Source of the DNA: an uncultured bacterium
GTDB lineage: Bacteria; AUK180
Length of the DNA: 40,351 bases
NCBI GenBank assembly: GCA_937863565.1
Contig: CALMGJ010000027.1
Span: forward strand, 1-40,351
Direction: 5' to 3'
The translations under genes and the position numbers were made by a program. Positions within the stretch are counted from its first letter, which is position 1, and each line of letters begins with the position of its first letter. Below, in pieces: positions 37,235 through 40,351 of the stretch. The notes below the pieces were generated by a model, which ran no database searches, was not told the origin of the DNA, and saw nothing but the letters and a program-made list of their open reading frames with translations.

Positions 37235-38136
37235 CTCTCTTCCCCGATAGTGCGCAAGAAGAAGTCGGCCATACTTTCTGCCCGCCGCCTGTATTCTATT
37301 ACTTCGATGCCCTTCTGTTTGAGCAGATTCAAGAATTCAGGTTTTTCGCGGTCGGAGACCGGAATAATATGCTCGTCTTCCTTATATTTCTCCCCGCCGT
37401 ACTTCTTTATTATATCTTCAGCTTTGTTCCTTTTTATTATAACTTCATAATTGGTTCTATATTGGATCAGCTTGTTTTTGTCCCCGAACCGGAGCAGTTC
37501 GCCTTTGTGCAATACTCCGATCTGATCGCACAGATCATCAACTTCGTCCAGATAATGAGATGAGAGGAATATCGTATTGCCTTTCGTTTTCTCCTTTCTC
37601 ACAAAACGTCTGATCTCATCCTGGGAGATCGGGTCAAGTCCCGCTGTCGGTTCATCAAGTATCAGAAGTCTTGGGCAGTGGAGGACGGCTTGGATTATCG
37701 CAACTTTCTGAAGCATCCCTTTTGAGAAAGTTGAAAGTTTCATGTCCTTGAACGTATAAAGCCCGAAGTCATTAAGAAGTTCATCGATCCTGGTCTTCAA
37801 TTCCTTCTTGTCGCGCGTAAAAAAAGCGCCGAAGAAGTGAAGTATCTCAAAAGCGGAGAAATCGGCATCCAGATACGATACTTCGGGAAGATATCCGATG
37901 TACTTTCTTACGGAAGCATCGTCGGGATTTTTATCGAAGATCCGTATCTCACCCGAATCCGGTTTGAGAAGTCCGAGGAAAAGTTTGATTGCAGTGGACT
38001 TCCCGGCCCCGTTGCGTCCGAGGAAACCGACGATATTCCCTTCCTCGACGGAAAGGTTCAATCCTTTAAGGGCCGTTATCTTCTGCCCGTTCTTTTTGTA
38101 TGTTTTAACAAGGGAAGATGTCTGGATCGCTCTCAC
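37231..38136 (-). CDS. ABC transporter ATP-binding protein (PilH-like)
   Basis: GRNGAGKST, FSKGMLQK, LILDEPTAGLDP, SSH. Confidence 0.95.
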   Translation of the reverse strand: MRAIQTSSLVKTYKKNGQKITALKGLNLSVEEGNIVGFLGRNGAGKSTAIKLFLGLLKPDSGEIRIFDKNPDDASVRKYIGYLPEVSYLDADFSAFEILHFFGAFFTRDKKELKTRIDELLNDFGLYTFKDMKLSTFSKGMLQKVAIIQAVLHCPRLLILDEPTAGLDPISQDEIRRFVRKEKTKGNTIFLSSHYLDEVDDLCDQIGVLHKGELLRFGDKNKLIQYRTNYEVIIKRNKAEDIIKKYGGEKYKEDEHIIPVSDREKPEFLNLLKQKGIEVIEYRRRAESMADFFLRTIGEER

Positions 38137-39824
38137 TCCTTCTCCCAGGCTGAAAGGTCAATGTTCTTGAATACGCCGTCTATCTTCTCCAGATGTTCCA
38201 GATAGCTTCTATCCGGATCTTCCATTTTCTTTTTGCCTTTGTATTTCCCGTAAAGCGCTGCGACTTTTACAAAATTCTCGTAATGGAATGTCACTCTGTT
38301 CTCGGCATAATCCCTTGCCGACCATGTCGATATCAAGAACTGCCAGTCGGAGGATTCCAGAAGCAGGAGTTCTCTTGCCATCTGAATGAGTATCCTGTTT
38401 TCGAATGCATTGCCGGCGTTCCTTGTTTTAACAGCTTTTCTCAATGTTTCTTCGGCCTCATAGATATATTTCCAGGTCCATTTTGTCCAATCGTTAAGCC
38501 AGATATAATGGAACCCGCCTTCACCCCATGAACCTTCGGGAAGGCTTATCTTTCCGAAAGGCCGGTTCGTTTCAATGTGTTTATGCGCCATTTCGCCCTT
38601 TACCGTCTTGGACGAAGCAAGGCAGCGGAACACGTTCTCGATCCATTTAATCCCTTCGAACCACCAATGCCCGAAGAGCTCGGCATCATACAGTGCCACG
38701 ATCCCATTGGAATCTTTGTCTTTGATCGCCCCGGCGATATTCTCGAGAAGGGAGACGAAATGCTCTGCATGCGATTGAGCTCTTTCGAGCGCAATTGCGG
38801 GGTCGTATTCGAGTTTATCCCCTAAAGAGACATTATTACCGGTCACTTTCCAGTATTTATGCCCGCCGGGGAATTTCTTTTTATGGAATTCAAGATAATT
38901 CCCGTCCCCGGGATAACCGTTCTGGGCGCTCCATACCTGCGACCCGGTCTTTTCGTCCCGGATAAGAGCGTAAACAGGTTTTTCATTGTGTTCATGAACA
39001 AGATAGTATGAATGCTCAGGGAATTCACTTGTAAGAAGGTCCCTTTTCGCCATCCCTTTCTTGAACTGGTCCCACAAAACCTGGAGCGCTTTAAACCTTT
39101 CCAAATAGACTCCCTTTGCTTTGGAGTTCCTGATAAGATGAGTATCTACAAAAAAATATCTGATATCGTTCCTGGAAAGTATCTCTTCAACGCCTTTCCT
39201 CTTGAACCCTCTTCCTCCAAGCGGGGATTTCCAGATATATGAAGGCCTGTAGGCGTTCTCGGGAAGCCAAATGCCCAAAGGTTTCTTCTTAAAATAACTC
39301 TTGTATGTATTGACCGCAGTTGAGACCTGTCCGTTCACCGCCTCGTCATTTCCGAGAAGCGGAAGATATCCGTGTGTAGCGCAACATGTAATGATCTCGA
39401 TCTGACCGCGGTCCTGGGCTTTCTTGAATTCGCCAATAAGGTTCTCATTGATCCCGATGAAGTATTCAAGCGTCCCTTTATAAAAATCCTCCCAGAAATT
39501 CGACAGTTCCCCGTAAACCTTCTGATTTGTTTTCTTGAAATATATTGAATCATCGTAAACATGCTTCAGTTTGTTCTTCAGGTAATCCTTAAAGCCCTCC
39601 TTGAACTCCGGAGCTGCGAATTGTTCGAGCAGTATTGGGGTTATATTGATCGTAATAGGGGAGGGTATCCCGTCATTATAGAGATTGTCCAGCGCTTTCA
39701 GAAGAGGGATGTAGGTTTCGGCCGCTGCTTCAAAAAGCCAATCGGTACCATGGGGCCAGGTCCCGTGATTGAGAACATAGGGCAAGTGAGCATGAAGAAC
39801 AAGGATAAAATTTTTCTTTTTCAT
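38133..39824 (-). CDS. GH57 1,4-alpha-glucan branching enzyme (with DUF1957)
   Basis: LHAHLPYV, WLFEAAAETYIP, ATHGYLPL, nucleophile WLPE, QVWS..GYPGD, acid/base YDAELFGHWWFEG, ARELLLLESSDWQF. Confidence 0.95.
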   Translation of the reverse strand: MKKKNFILVLHAHLPYVLNHGTWPHGTDWLFEAAAETYIPLLKALDNLYNDGIPSPITINITPILLEQFAAPEFKEGFKDYLKNKLKHVYDDSIYFKKTNQKVYGELSNFWEDFYKGTLEYFIGINENLIGEFKKAQDRGQIEIITCCATHGYLPLLGNDEAVNGQVSTAVNTYKSYFKKKPLGIWLPENAYRPSYIWKSPLGGRGFKRKGVEEILSRNDIRYFFVDTHLIRNSKAKGVYLERFKALQVLWDQFKKGMAKRDLLTSEFPEHSYYLVHEHNEKPVYALIRDEKTGSQVWSAQNGYPGDGNYLEFHKKKFPGGHKYWKVTGNNVSLGDKLEYDPAIALERAQSHAEHFVSLLENIAGAIKDKDSNGIVALYDAELFGHWWFEGIKWIENVFRCLASSKTVKGEMAHKHIETNRPFGKISLPEGSWGEGGFHYIWLNDWTKWTWKYIYEAEETLRKAVKTRNAGNAFENRILIQMARELLLLESSDWQFLISTWSARDYAENRVTFHYENFVKVAALYGKYKGKKKMEDPDRSYLEHLEKIDGVFKNIDLSAWEKE

Positions 39825-39830
39825 AGCTTT

Positions 39831-39859
39831 ATTATATGCTTTTTTATAAAAATTATCAA
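39831..39859 (-). promoter_or_regulatory. Sigma70-type promoter, probably leaderless, heading the GH57-pilB operon
   Basis: Minus strand TTGATA-17 nt-TATAAT, ATG 6 nt downstream, no SD. Confidence 0.7.
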
Positions 39860-39963
39860 GATTTTTACAGCCTCATCCCTTTTGATTCACTAAATAATAT
39901 TCCCAATAATAAAATACATATGAAAAGCCGGGGAGTATTTATCCTATAAACCGAGATAATTAT

Positions 39964-39991
39964 TTGAAAAAAAACGATTATTTTGTAAAAT
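39964..39991 (+). promoter_or_regulatory. Putative promoter for tRNA-Arg/tRNA-Ser
   Basis: TTGAAA-16 nt-TAAAAT, 10 nt before tRNA start. Confidence 0.55.
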
Positions 39992-40001
39992 ATACCTTCA
40001 T

Positions 40002-40078
40002 ACGCCCGTAGCTTAATGGATAGAGCATTGGATTGCGGATCCAAAGGTTTAGGGGTTCAAGTCCCCTCGGGCGTGCCA
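40002..40078 (+). tRNA. tRNA-Arg(GCG), CCA encoded
   Basis: Acceptor ACGCCCG/CGGGCGT, D-loop GGATA, anticodon stem TTGGA/TCCAA with loop TT-GCG-GA, T-arm AGGGG-TTCAAGT-CCCCT. Confidence 0.95.
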
Positions 40079-40079
40079 T

Positions 40080-40171
<92 letters not shown>

Positions 40172-40173
40172 AT

Positions 40174-40208
40174 CAGTGAAAAGTGAACAGTGAACAGTGA
40201 ACAGTTGA
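40174..40208 (+). repeat. Heptamer tandem repeat (CAGTGAA)x5, imperfect
   Basis: CAGTGAA AAGTGAA CAGTGAA CAGTGAA CAGTTGA. Confidence 0.85.
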
Positions 40209-40351
40209 GGTAATGATCACATAGGTCTATATGAGAGGGAGAAACATGAACTGCTTCATGTTTTGTAGGGATTCGAAAGCCGGAGCCATGTCAGTTGACA
40301 GGCGAGGCGGGGTCGCGAAAACGGTAAGTGAAGCGAAACGTTATTCGTGAC

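Noticed and set aside
28440-40002. Genomic island bounded by tRNA-Arg genes
   Set aside because: No integrase, no att duplication; both tRNAs are complete, distinct genes and the content is chromosomal
40174-40208. CRISPR array
   Set aside because: 7-nt tandem units without spacers; no cas genes in the window

Overview
Gene-dense chromosomal segment from a diderm bacterium (outer-membrane barrels, gmhA, T9SS-like 'YPNP' tail proteins, type IV pilus ATPase), probably an uncultured or deep-branching lineage; the taxonomy cannot be fixed from sequence alone. Standard genetic code. Housekeeping content: partial cysS, large (Alu-domain) SRP RNA-dnaX-ybaB-recR, pyruvate kinase, manC, gmhA, M18 aminopeptidase, GH57 branching enzyme and four tRNAs (Pro-TGG, Arg-TCG, Arg-GCG, Ser-CGA). 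No integrase, transposase or CRISPR array was seen. Most unusual items: (1) pyruvate kinase fused to a C-terminal two-cluster ferredoxin with an Asp-substituted motif; (2) an SbcD/Mre11 nuclease fused to a degenerate UvrC-like GIY-YIG/4-Cys module; (3) an exported lipoprotein with tandem SpoVG-like domains in the same operon as pilB and a PilG/H/I-like ABC module, a candidate DNA uptake/processing locus; (4) a barrel-TPR + HAMP-PP2C + STAS signalling module appended to recR; (5) Arg-GCG/Arg-TCG tRNAs implying inosine-independent CGN decoding; (6) repeated leaderless promoter architecture; (7) a structured element antisense to the T-arm downstream of tRNA-Ser. All family assignments come from motif recognition by eye, not from database searches.
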